Assembly: GCA_038870975.1 (NCBI GenBank)
Contig: JAVZJD010000001.1
Location: forward strand, 960,001-1,024,000
Length of the DNA: 64,000 nucleotides
Source: Candidatus Bathyarchaeia archaeon
GTDB lineage: Archaea > Thermoproteota > CALKCG01 > B24
Direction of reading: 5' to 3'
Shown here: one piece after another, positions 1-9,812 of the stretch
Position numbering within the stretch: position 1 is the first letter of the stretch
Layout: the number at the start of each line of letters is the position of its first letter
The notes under the pieces: generated by a model
The model's database searches: none
What the model was told of the DNA's origin: nothing
Seen by the model: the letters and a program-made list of their open reading frames with translations, nothing else
Translations under genes and position numbers: made by a program

Positions 1-52
1 CAAATTGAAGGTGGGTATGTAGGAAAAAATAGGGTAGTGGAGTTTAATTGGG

Positions 53-2083
53 TCATGCTACTTGTGGGAAGAATATGAAGAACGATATCGCTGCCACTAG
101 AACTTCCAATGCTGTTCCAAGTATGAAGCCTCCTACAAAGGGCACTACTTTCTCCTCGTATAATTTGCTTCCACCGATTTTCAGTATTGTGTACTTCACT
201 ATTCCATCTACCAGTGCCACAAACCATACGCCGTGGAGTGACCCCTCCCAATCCCAAGCAACTATCGTTACAAGCGGATCTGGTAGCCATAGGATTCTCG
301 TAGACAAATACCTCATAATCACCATGAATATGAAGCCTACAGCAATGTAGATACCAGCCTCACTCATAGGCGCATCGACAGGTCTATTCCAGAGAGACCA
401 GTACCACCAACTGTCTTCATCGAGGTCGGCAGTAAGTACGAGACTTCCAAGGCGGAGGTTCCCACCATAAACCCCAGGTATGACTACCTGCATTATATGT
501 GCAAAAAACATAGATGTGAACAGCGACACTGCAAGGACTTTAATTACGTTTTTAACGCTCGCTCCTGTTAAGCTTGCCAAGTGGTAACTACCTACCGTAG
601 TGTAGAATGAGCTTCCATATCCCGAGAGAGCTCGGTGAGCAATCCAATGTCTATTCAAAGCTGGGGTTAACGCTAAGTCCGTTGTGGTTATCGGTGGACC
701 GTAACCAGTCGGCCAGACAAGCATTCTAATGAACCCAGGTGTAAAACTATAACACGGTGAATTCGAAATGCTTAGCCTACCCCAAACTTGAGTCATAGAA
801 ACCCATGTTATGATCGCTGTAAGTGTAACCGCGAACGATGTCCAAAGGCTCATGCCGGTATATGCAAAGAATAATATCATCAGTATGAAGCATACCGTGA
901 AGATCATCCAGGCATGTCTATACCGCATCGGTTCCACCCGGTCTTCTGCGTTCTTACCAAATGCTGCTTTCAAAGTATTGGTTAAATATTGTCTTTCAAG
1001 GAATATCGTCATGATAAATATTCCGAGAATACTACCTGTAAGTATACCGTGGAAAGCCAACGGTGGGCTGTCATATGGATCTGGAGGACACCAGTTTCTT
1101 CCGCAGAAGCCCACATTAGTTATACCTGTGTAGTAGCCAGAATAATATGCGATGTACAAGGCTACTTCAAACACTAGGGTGTAAAACACCATGCTAAACA
1201 AATAGTGAACAGGTACTAGAAGCATTAATGCATACAGTGGGGGATGTTTAGCAAATCCTAAATTCCAAGGCTGATCAAGTGGTGCAACTTGATGGCATCC
1301 AGGTCCACATGTATTCGTACGCCAGCCATATATATCTGGAAACCATGGGAATAGTGTAATGCCGCTAAGCGGTATAGCTGTTAACAGTCCTATTAAAAAC
1401 CCTAAAATAAATGTCATCCTACCAGGCCATTCGCGTTTTTTAACATTCTCCAAACCTAGAATCGAGCTGTACGCTACAGTAACCCACGGGAATGGTAATC
1501 GTTCAACGTCTATCCACTCTCTACGAAAGATGCTGACAAGGCATATGCTTATACCTCCGAAAATCGCAACTATTAGCGTATACCATACTACAGCTGGAAA
1601 TAGTACACTCCAAGGTAGAGCACTAATGCTTCCAGCACCGTAAAGGAGTACTTCAGCTGAAGTTTTCGGAATCGCTACAAATTCTGGGACGTATCTCAAC
1701 ACGGACTCTGACGTTTGTGCTGAGGCTAAAAGCATACCAATATCCCACCACCATGGATTGTCAAAAGATGAAAAGTACGATGCACACAAAGTAACTATGT
1801 AAAGATATACTATATTCGTCGTAGTCAAATATCTCCGCATATAGGGCAATTTCATAAGCATAGCGGTTAGTAGGAGCATTACAAAAGGCCACCCCATGAG
1901 ATCTAATCCCGGTGTCGATATTAGAACACTGACGCTTTGAGTACAGTATGCACTAGGCGGTAGCCAGAAGATGAACATGTTGAAGAGGCATGTTAGCACA
2001 GCGCTTAAAGCGAAGACCGTTAATAGCGTACCAGATTTTACCTCTTCGTTGCTAGACTTACTTTCAAACCGCTGTCTTTCCAC
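53..2083 (-). CDS. OPT-related multi-pass membrane protein (DUF6785/DUF6784-like), paralogue 1
   Basis: 676 aa, GTG start after GGTGG; many hydrophobic segments; motifs RREWIDVERLPFP, FPWFPD, GYYTG..GFCGR and LKIGGSKLYEE shared with the other paralogues in the window. Confidence 0.75.
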   Translation of the reverse strand: MERQRFESKSSNEEVKSGTLLTVFALSAVLTCLFNMFIFWLPPSAYCTQSVSVLISTPGLDLMGWPFVMLLLTAMLMKLPYMRRYLTTTNIVYLYIVTLCASYFSSFDNPWWWDIGMLLASAQTSESVLRYVPEFVAIPKTSAEVLLYGAGSISALPWSVLFPAVVWYTLIVAIFGGISICLVSIFRREWIDVERLPFPWVTVAYSSILGLENVKKREWPGRMTFILGFLIGLLTAIPLSGITLFPWFPDIYGWRTNTCGPGCHQVAPLDQPWNLGFAKHPPLYALMLLVPVHYLFSMVFYTLVFEVALYIAYYSGYYTGITNVGFCGRNWCPPDPYDSPPLAFHGILTGSILGIFIMTIFLERQYLTNTLKAAFGKNAEDRVEPMRYRHAWMIFTVCFILMILFFAYTGMSLWTSFAVTLTAIITWVSMTQVWGRLSISNSPCYSFTPGFIRMLVWPTGYGPPITTTDLALTPALNRHWIAHRALSGYGSSFYTTVGSYHLASLTGASVKNVIKVLAVSLFTSMFFAHIMQVVIPGVYGGNLRLGSLVLTADLDEDSWWYWSLWNRPVDAPMSEAGIYIAVGFIFMVIMRYLSTRILWLPDPLVTIVAWDWEGSLHGVWFVALVDGIVKYTILKIGGSKLYEEKVVPFVGGFILGTALEVLVAAISFFIFFPQVA

Positions 2084-2166
2084 TTAAGACCACCGAAGTT
2101 GAATAGATTCTCCCTCATAGTATTTATGGTTTTTCGTAATCAAATAAAAAATGAGGTTGAGTGGTT

Positions 2167-4137
2167 TTAGAATGGTATGAAGAATCTTATGGCGCTTATT
2201 ACTCCACCAGCCAGTATCGCTAACGCATATCCGAGTAGGAATCCAGTAGCCACAGGCACTCCATGCTCTTCGTAGGCTTTACTACCTCCGATTTTAAGCG
2301 TAAGAAGCTTAAGAACCCACGCAGCGGTAACCATAACCCATATTCCTTCGCTTATGCATCTTGAGCCGAATGTTAGTAGGAAGCCATATGGGTCTAGTGG
2401 GAATGCTACGAATCTAGCGTGTAGCCAGCTTAAAACCCAGATTACTACCATACCTGCTACGAAGTTTGGTATCCACGGTCCCCCACTCATAACTTCTGGC
2501 GCTATTCCACTCCACGGATTATCCGGGTTTGCGGCGTAGGATATGTCCCCTACGAATGTAGTCGATTGGTAGAAGGGTAGATAAGCCAATCCTACTGAAT
2601 ATCCTAGCGGAAGTATTGTAAGCCACCAGACTAGGGGTATTAGAAACACTATGATAAGCATGATGTAATATAGGCTTCTAGTATCTGTCTTCGTGAGGTT
2701 GGCGAATTTATAACCTGCGAATGAAGCTGCCAATGCTCCTCCCCAGCCCAAGCTTAAACCATCCGAGCCAGATTGACGCATCAATATGCATGTAAGTGCA
2801 TAGTTTGCATCAGCTCTCTCAGGGAGTTCAGGCCATATTGCTCTAAGCCAGTAGAGTCCATATGCGCCTAGTCCAATGGCATTATATCCGGTCCTACCGT
2901 AAACAAACATGGCTGCAAAGAAGAATAGCCAAACCATTATCGGCATCAATATAGCGTTTAGAATGCTTATACCTATTGAAGATAGTAGCCCTACTAGGAC
3001 TAGGTACGATAGTATGAGTGTCGCTCCAACAGCCTTATAATGCTTCTCCTCAGGCTTCAGTATTGCCTTAAAACTTTCAGCTAAATACCTCCTCCTCATA
3101 AAGACATACATCAATACAAGCCCAAGCCCTCCACCCATGTTTGCCACGATCGTCCACTTGAACGGTGCACCCCATTCTAGTGAACTTGGTCCACATTCAG
3201 CGCGGCCGCATCCAGGCATAGTCATCAGTCCAGTGTAGTATCCAGCGTAGTAGGCGACCTGCGTACCTATAAATAGGAACAAGTTGCATATCACGGACGT
3301 AAACAGTGTACTTAAGGGAGCCATATAGAATAGAGCTGCGAGAGACGGATTCTTGCTGTATATAGCTAATGCCACAATGCTATATAGTGGATGATTGGTT
3401 GGTATGCAACCTGCGCCATAGCACTCGGTAGCGCACCTCCAACTGAATACGTCTGGAAACCATGGGAATGTTATCGTTAGGAAAACTATGAATTGAAATG
3501 CAAATCCAAGCACTACACCAATGATATACGGTTTAACGGTCTTTTTCTCAGATTGTTTTACAATTTCGTAAACTGCCAGGGTCTGAGGGAAAGGTACTTG
3601 TTCTACTTCAATCCACTCCTTCTGCCATATGGTGGCTATGGAGAGCATGTAAACTCCGAAGAAGCTGTAGAGGAACCACCAATAAAGCATCACTGGCATC
3701 CAGTAGTTCCACGGTATTGTCGTTCCACCATATATGATTTGTTCGGCGATCTCACGTGGTGGCGCTATAAACTCAGGTATTAGTGGCGATATGGTTTCAG
3801 GGTTAAGCCACCTCTGTGCTATTATACCTGGTGGGACTCTGAATGCTCCGTAGCCGACAGCCATGTAAGAGCTGAATATTGAAGCTATGTATAGGCATGT
3901 TAGGGTTTTAACATCTACTTTGCCTTTGAGAAGTTTAAAAGGTATTATACCCAGAAGAATCACAAGATACGGTAGAGGTGTAAACTCCTCAGAGCAGTTT
4001 ACTGAGCCTGGGTTGTAGAATATCCATATACGTGAGCTCAGCAGGGTATTCCATAGAACTCCAATAGAAACCATGAGTATGGTGGCGATCACTACTATGA
4101 GTGCGGTACGACCTCCTATTCTGTATTCCTCACCCAT
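2167..4137 (-). CDS. OPT-related multi-pass membrane protein (DUF6785/DUF6784-like), paralogue 2
   Basis: 656 aa; KEWIEVEQVPFP, FPWFPD, GYYTG..GCGR and LKIGGSKAYEE motifs. Confidence 0.75.
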   Translation of the reverse strand: MGEEYRIGGRTALIVVIATILMVSIGVLWNTLLSSRIWIFYNPGSVNCSEEFTPLPYLVILLGIIPFKLLKGKVDVKTLTCLYIASIFSSYMAVGYGAFRVPPGIIAQRWLNPETISPLIPEFIAPPREIAEQIIYGGTTIPWNYWMPVMLYWWFLYSFFGVYMLSIATIWQKEWIEVEQVPFPQTLAVYEIVKQSEKKTVKPYIIGVVLGFAFQFIVFLTITFPWFPDVFSWRCATECYGAGCIPTNHPLYSIVALAIYSKNPSLAALFYMAPLSTLFTSVICNLFLFIGTQVAYYAGYYTGLMTMPGCGRAECGPSSLEWGAPFKWTIVANMGGGLGLVLMYVFMRRRYLAESFKAILKPEEKHYKAVGATLILSYLVLVGLLSSIGISILNAILMPIMVWLFFFAAMFVYGRTGYNAIGLGAYGLYWLRAIWPELPERADANYALTCILMRQSGSDGLSLGWGGALAASFAGYKFANLTKTDTRSLYYIMLIIVFLIPLVWWLTILPLGYSVGLAYLPFYQSTTFVGDISYAANPDNPWSGIAPEVMSGGPWIPNFVAGMVVIWVLSWLHARFVAFPLDPYGFLLTFGSRCISEGIWVMVTAAWVLKLLTLKIGGSKAYEEHGVPVATGFLLGYALAILAGGVISAIRFFIPF

Positions 4138-4214
4138 TTTCCCTCAGAGTATTCGTATACGAAATTCTGCTTAAAAGCTTATTCACATTAACTCTATGCT
4201 TCTCATTGGAAATG

Positions 4215-4231
4215 TATCCACTCAATGGATA
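4215..4231. promoter_or_regulatory. Candidate operator palindrome TATCCA-N5-TGGATA in divergent promoter region
   Basis: Perfect 6-5-6 inverted repeat between the transporter pair and GH38. Confidence 0.4.
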
Positions 4232-4298
4232 TTTATGTGATGGATGCTTTAAAGTACTAGACAATGCTTAAGTCCTAATTCAGACATTTTACTCTTTA

Positions 4299-6854
4299 AT
4301 GTCTGACGAAATATACCTTGTGGCTAATTCACATATAGACCTTTCATGGCTTTGGACGAGGGAAGAGACGATAGGTAAAATATGCCCTGAAACATTTCTA
4401 AACGTTTTAAACCTAATGGATAAGTATCCGCTTCTATGCTATGCACAGAGCTCTGCTCAAATATATGAGTGGCTGGAGATTCACCATCCGGAAATTTTCA
4501 GTAGAATACGTGAGAAAGTTAAGGAGGGAAAATGGGAGATAGTGGGCGGTTCATGGGTGGAGCATAATGCAAACCTCCTGTGCGGCGAATCCCTCGTACG
4601 GCAGTATCTTTTTGGAAAGAGGTATTTCATGGAGAAATTTAACGTAGACGTTAAAGTTGCTTGGCTACCGGACAGCTTTGGCTTCTGCTGGACGCTTCCC
4701 CAAGTGCTTAAGAAATGTGGATTGGACTATTTTCTAACGCATAAGTTGAAGTGGCAAGTAGAACGTATGAAACCTCCAATACCTTTTCCACACTACGTCT
4801 TCTGGTGGGAATCGCCAGATGGGTCGCGGGTTTTAACCTACCATACAGTGGGAAGCTACTCTGAAGACGTTAACGCAATGAGGATGCTTGAACAACTGGC
4901 TTTATTGAAAAGGCGTCATGGTTTAACGAAGCTTCTAGTACTATTCGGTAGAGGAGACCATGGAGGTGGACCGACCGAGGGAATGGTTAAGGAAGCTTTA
5001 AGACTTATGGAAATACGTGATCCTGCAGTCTACCCCAGGGTGACCCTATCGACATCTCAACGCTGGTTTCAAGAGGTTGAAACAGTTTCGGAGAATCTAC
5101 AGCTTCCGGTGGTTAAAGATGAACTATATGTTAAGACACATAGGGGGACGTACACTACAGAGTCTAAAGTAAAACTCCACAATAGGAGATGCGAATGTCT
5201 CCTGCTGACCGCTGAAAGATTTGCATCTATAGCTATGCTTCTAGGTATGGCTTATCCTTATGAGGATTTAAAACACGCTTGGAAGCTACTCCTCCTAAAT
5301 CAAGTCCACGACAACATAGATGGGACTTCCATAGAGGAGGTCTACGTTCAAGCTGAGAAAGACTATGGAGAAGTCTACAAGATTGGTGGTAGAGTTTTAG
5401 AGGAGGCTTTAAACACAATCGCATCCAACGTTGACACTGGAGGCTGTGAAGGAATACCTATACTTGTCTTCAACCCACTTTCATGGCGCAGGAGAGACGT
5501 AGTAGAACTCTCCCTTGAAAGGCTCTTTGAAAACGTGAAAGCGTTTAAAATACTAGACTACTCTGGGAGGGAGGCTCCAGTACAAGTCTTAGAAGATGGA
5601 CGTAGCGTTATATTCATAGCTGAAGACATTCCATCTTTCGGCTATAAGCTGTACAGTCTAACTCCTTCATCAGAAGGCTCTGTAGATTCAAACCTCAAAG
5701 TAGGCGAATTCTACCTAGAAAACGAGTTTCTACGCGTAGAAATAGATAGAAGAACAGGCTGTGTCTCTAGAATCTACGATAAAGTTAATGGAAGAGACGT
5801 TTTATCAGACTCCGGGAGAGGAAACATTCTCCAAGTATATGAGGATAAGCCTCCCAACGCTCCCGGTGGAGAACCAGCCTGGAACATGTACCTAGGAGCT
5901 TTAACAGAGCTAGATAAAGCAGAAGAAGTGCGTATAGTTGAGAAGGGACCTGTTAGAGCCACAATTAAAGTAGTTAAGAGATATGGCGGCTCTACTTTTG
6001 AACAATACATCTCACTCTACGATAAGATTCCAAGGGTGGACTTTACGCTTAAAGCCGATTGGCATGAAAAGTATAAAACCTTAAAGGTGGCCTTTCCATT
6101 GAGGTTTAAAAACCACTGGGCTACATACGACACACCCTTCGGCGTAATACAGCGTTACCAGTACATTTACGAGAAAGCCCCAGACAGACAGATGAATATG
6201 CCTAAGAGGCCGTGGGAGCCTGCGGATAAAGCCAAATTTGAAGTACCCGCGCTCTACTGGGTAAACATAGATACTGAAAATGGAGATTACGGTGTAGCTC
6301 TACTCAACGACTGTAAATACGGTTTCGACGTAGTTGAAAATACGATTAGAATGACTCTTCTCAGGGGTCCTAGACGCGGATATCCATCTACACCTGAACA
6401 GTGGGCTGATCAATCAGACGATCCACGTGTAGGAGTACACATCGTCAAATACGCATTATACCCCCATAAAGAGGATTGGGCGAAGTCGATGGTGTTTAGA
6501 AGAGGCTACGAATTCAACTATCCTCTGATAGCGTGGAGATCCCCAGGAAACCCGGGGCCTCTGCCGAAGGCTCTATCACTGATAGATGTTAAACCAGGTA
6601 ATGTCGTTCTCTCTGCTTTGAAAAAAGCTGAGGATTCAAACGAGCTTGTGTTGAGGGTTTACGAAACCTGTGGTTTAAAGTCAGACGTAGAATTGAAAAC
6701 GTCTTTTAAGCCTCTAAAAGCAGTTGAAACAGACTTAGTTGAATGGGATATGTATATAGAGGGAAGAGAATTTAAAGTATCAGAGGACGTGGTGAGCTTC
6801 TACATAAAAGGTAATGAAATAGTCACAGTTAAACTCACACCTCGGAAGCCATAA
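4299..6854 (+). CDS. Glycoside hydrolase family 38 alpha-mannosidase
   Basis: SHIDLSWLW (Zn ligands), WLPDSFG (nucleophile Asp), GDHGGG, HRGTYT and QVHD motifs. Confidence 0.92.
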   Translation: MSDEIYLVANSHIDLSWLWTREETIGKICPETFLNVLNLMDKYPLLCYAQSSAQIYEWLEIHHPEIFSRIREKVKEGKWEIVGGSWVEHNANLLCGESLVRQYLFGKRYFMEKFNVDVKVAWLPDSFGFCWTLPQVLKKCGLDYFLTHKLKWQVERMKPPIPFPHYVFWWESPDGSRVLTYHTVGSYSEDVNAMRMLEQLALLKRRHGLTKLLVLFGRGDHGGGPTEGMVKEALRLMEIRDPAVYPRVTLSTSQRWFQEVETVSENLQLPVVKDELYVKTHRGTYTTESKVKLHNRRCECLLLTAERFASIAMLLGMAYPYEDLKHAWKLLLLNQVHDNIDGTSIEEVYVQAEKDYGEVYKIGGRVLEEALNTIASNVDTGGCEGIPILVFNPLSWRRRDVVELSLERLFENVKAFKILDYSGREAPVQVLEDGRSVIFIAEDIPSFGYKLYSLTPSSEGSVDSNLKVGEFYLENEFLRVEIDRRTGCVSRIYDKVNGRDVLSDSGRGNILQVYEDKPPNAPGGEPAWNMYLGALTELDKAEEVRIVEKGPVRATIKVVKRYGGSTFEQYISLYDKIPRVDFTLKADWHEKYKTLKVAFPLRFKNHWATYDTPFGVIQRYQYIYEKAPDRQMNMPKRPWEPADKAKFEVPALYWVNIDTENGDYGVALLNDCKYGFDVVENTIRMTLLRGPRRGYPSTPEQWADQSDDPRVGVHIVKYALYPHKEDWAKSMVFRRGYEFNYPLIAWRSPGNPGPLPKALSLIDVKPGNVVLSALKKAEDSNELVLRVYETCGLKSDVELKTSFKPLKAVETDLVEWDMYIEGREFKVSEDVVSFYIKGNEIVTVKLTPRKP

Positions 6855-6885
6855 ATTTATTTAACGCGCATGCGCTAATAAGGGA

Positions 6886-7716
6886 GTGAAAACGATGAAA
6901 TACGAGATTAAGTATAGCCCAAGCTACTCTATGCTGGAAGTTAGTCTAGAGCCTAAGGAGATTATTGTAGCGGAAGCAGGCGCCATGATATACATGTCTC
7001 CTCAAATAACTGTTAAAACGAGGAAAAGAGAAAGCGACAGCCTATGGAGAAGCATCAAAACGACGGTTTTAGGCGGTGAATCCTTCTTCGTAAACGAGTA
7101 TATTGCAGAGAGAGGCCCGGGTAAAGTTGGCTTTGCTCCAGCTCCCGTAGGTGATATAAACGTTCTTAAAGTGGAAGCCGGGAGGGGGCTTATCCTTCAA
7201 AAGTCAGCCTATTTAGCATCAACAGAGGGCATAACCTTGGATACAGAATAGCAGGGGTTTAAAAGAGGGCTCTTTGGCCAAAGTCTATTCATGCTTAAAG
7301 TTTCCGGAGAGGGTCTATTGTTTGTAAACGCCTTCGGCGCAATAGACAGACACAGTCTAAAAAGTGGTGAGTCTCTAATAATAGACAATTACCATCTGGT
7401 AGCCTTTGACGACACATGCAGGTATGATGTTAAGAAGTTTGGCGGGTTAAAATCCACAATATTGGGAGGGGAAGGCTTAGTAACCGAAGTCTATGGACCT
7501 GGAGAAGTATACATTCAGACTAAGAATATACGCGAGTTTGTCGATTGGCTTTGGGAGCTACTTCATGCAAGGGTGGAAACTACGGCGAGAACTACGGCTA
7601 TGGAAAAAGGAGAGAGAAGGTATCGGCTTCAGCTTAGGCAGACCGAAATAATGGCAAATCTAGTCTCCAGCTATTTTTCAAACTGTGTTAAATACTGCTT
7701 ATGTGCCTCAAGGTAA
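6886..7716 (+). pseudogene. TIGR00266/AIM24-family gene interrupted by in-frame TAG (7249-7251), possible +1 frameshift near 7604-7608
   Basis: ORFs 6886..7251 and 7291..7716 are in the same frame; reading DTE*QGFKRGLFGQSLFML restores a continuous AIM24 domain (AEAGAM, GGESFF, GGEGLV, GPGEVYIQT). Confidence 0.75.
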
Positions 7717-9011
7717 TCATTGAAAAGCTTTTTAGCTATTTCAAGTGTTGGAACCATAGGGTCTAAAGCAAGGGCTTGAACCGCGAGCTGTCTATCCCCC
7801 GTTAATGCAGCTTCAACTGTTAGCTCTTGCTGGGCTATTCTCTGCTGTAGGATTGCCTCTACACCTTTAGGTAGTCTGCCGACGTTTACGCCTTTAAATC
7901 CAAGTGGGCTCACTACTACTGGTATTTCTACGACTGCGTCGTCTGGAAGCCCCTCTATGCATCCATTGTTAGGTATGTTCGCGCCCTCGAATAGTCTAAC
8001 TTGGTTTTTAACGATAATCTCCATAAGTTCATATGCAAACGAATGTTCAGCTATGCCTTTACGCTGTTCAACCAGCTCTTTAATAGGCCTTCTCCCGTCA
8101 GCCCAACCCGAGACCATCTCCCATACTTGGTTTCTCCACTCTTCACGGTATATGGTATCGCCTGGGAATAGCTTAAGCCCGTACTTAGCGCCATAGTTTG
8201 CCTCTTGACATAGGAAGTATGGGAAGAATTCAGCCACATGTGAATCTCCCTGTACAGGGTATAATCCGAATATTTCCATAAGCTCTACGGAAACATATGC
8301 ATGGAATGGCTTGCCCGTTTTAACGGCCTCATCCCTCATAGCTACGATTTTACGTTTAAACTCAGGGTATACGTCTCTACCGTTTGCATAGGCTTCTAAA
8401 ACCCACGTTAGATGGTTTACACCAGCCGCTGTAAAAACTAAATCCTCAGGTTTACAGCCTACAGCTCTAGATATGAAGTACCTAGGTGCTTTAACACCAG
8501 TACATAAACCTATGACATTCGCCTTAGTCGTTTTTCTAGCGGCTCTACACATAGTGGTCAGTGGGTTTGCCTCGTTGAAGACTACAGCATTTGGACAGAG
8601 CTTCTCCACGTCACGGCAGATCTCCACCATTGGAATTACATGCCTTAGGGCTCTTGAGAAACCAGCCGGACCTACCGTATCAGCAACCGTATGGTATATG
8701 CCGTACTTCTCCGCCACTTTAACGTCTGCCTCTATTCCTCTTATACCGCCTACTGCTATAGTTATTATGACGAAATCTGCATTCTTAAGAAGATCCCTTC
8801 TATCAGTGCTGGCTTCTACTTTAAGCCCAGCTTTAGTTTCCTCTAATATCCTTGAAGCAACCTTTTCCATTATTTTAAGCTTCTCTTCATCGATGTCTAC
8901 AAGTCCTATCTCTATGTCTCTGAATACGTCTGAGGTCGCCATTTCAGCTAAGAGCCCCGGCGTAAAGGCTAAACTTCCAGCTCCTATTACAACAAGCTTC
9001 AAATCCGTCAC
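7671..9011 (-). CDS. Glycoside hydrolase family 4 (NAD+/Mn-dependent alpha-glycosidase)
   Basis: IGAGSLAFT Rossmann start, DTVGPAG, ANP, GLC, GVNH and ALDP motifs. Confidence 0.9.
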   Translation of the reverse strand: MTDLKLVVIGAGSLAFTPGLLAEMATSDVFRDIEIGLVDIDEEKLKIMEKVASRILEETKAGLKVEASTDRRDLLKNADFVIITIAVGGIRGIEADVKVAEKYGIYHTVADTVGPAGFSRALRHVIPMVEICRDVEKLCPNAVVFNEANPLTTMCRAARKTTKANVIGLCTGVKAPRYFISRAVGCKPEDLVFTAAGVNHLTWVLEAYANGRDVYPEFKRKIVAMRDEAVKTGKPFHAYVSVELMEIFGLYPVQGDSHVAEFFPYFLCQEANYGAKYGLKLFPGDTIYREEWRNQVWEMVSGWADGRRPIKELVEQRKGIAEHSFAYELMEIIVKNQVRLFEGANIPNNGCIEGLPDDAVVEIPVVVSPLGFKGVNVGRLPKGVEAILQQRIAQQELTVEAALTGDRQLAVQALALDPMVPTLEIAKKLFNDYLEAHKQYLTQFEK

Positions 9012-9064
9012 AGCTTTCTCTATAGTTCGTATAGTATTTAAGTCTAGTGTAGAACATTATCACG

Positions 9065-9664
9065 CTAAGTACTATGGGGAGTTTCATTCAAAATTCCAGG
9101 TAGGATTTTTCCAAGCCTCACCCAGTCTTCTTCTAAAAGCTTCTTCATCGACGGGTTGTAGAGGGCTGAAGCGGGATGATACATGACTACTATATGCGCG
9201 TTATACGTCGACACTTCAACTCTGAATACTTTACCGTGAAGCCTATTCATAGAGCTGTATGGTAGCCCGTATTTAGTCAAAAGATAGTTTGCCGCTACAG
9301 AACCTAAAGCCACCAACACTGTGGGCTTCAGAATATCTATCTGTCTATCTAAATACTGGCTGCACATTTTCACCTGCTCATCAGTAGCCTTATTATCTGG
9401 AAGATAGCACTTGACTACATTGGTTATGTACAGCTTCCCTCTTTCAAGCCCAGCTAAAGCTAAGAGACTGTTGAGAAATTTCCCAGCGGCGCCTACAAAA
9501 GGCCTCCCTTCAAGATTCTCATAATAGCCGGGCCCTAACCCAACCAGCATAATTCTACTATTTAGAGGCCCTTCTCCTACGACCTTATGTCTACTCCCCC
9601 TCCATAAACTGCATTTTCTGCAGTTTTCAACTTCTAATTTAAGGTGCTCATAGGAGTCTTCCAT
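9065..9664 (-). CDS. udg: Uracil-DNA glycosylase, family 4 (Fe-S)
   Basis: CRKC, GLGPG..E...GRPFVG, TNVVKC and YHPA motifs. Confidence 0.9.
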   Translation of the reverse strand: MEDSYEHLKLEVENCRKCSLWRGSRHKVVGEGPLNSRIMLVGLGPGYYENLEGRPFVGAAGKFLNSLLALAGLERGKLYITNVVKCYLPDNKATDEQVKMCSQYLDRQIDILKPTVLVALGSVAANYLLTKYGLPYSSMNRLHGKVFRVEVSTYNAHIVVMYHPASALYNPSMKKLLEEDWVRLGKILPGILNETPHST

Positions 9665-9812
9665 CGTAGCTCTACATTGAAAAATATCATTGAAAACGAT
9701 TAATTAAATTAAACGTCGCAGATTTCTATGGCCTTCCAAGGAAACACGAACGGCTTAATATTCAAACTGGATAGTCCTCCGAAGACTTAATATTTGATAT
9801 TCCCTATAAGGA

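Noticed and set aside
7291-7716. Independent 141-aa gene
   Set aside because: It is the in-frame C-terminal half of the AIM24 domain begun at 6886
8473-9186. 237-aa plus-strand ORF and many similar short ORFs (e.g. 28263..28814, 60222..61781)
   Set aside because: Antisense shadows of well-supported genes; Ser/Thr/Leu-rich with no motifs
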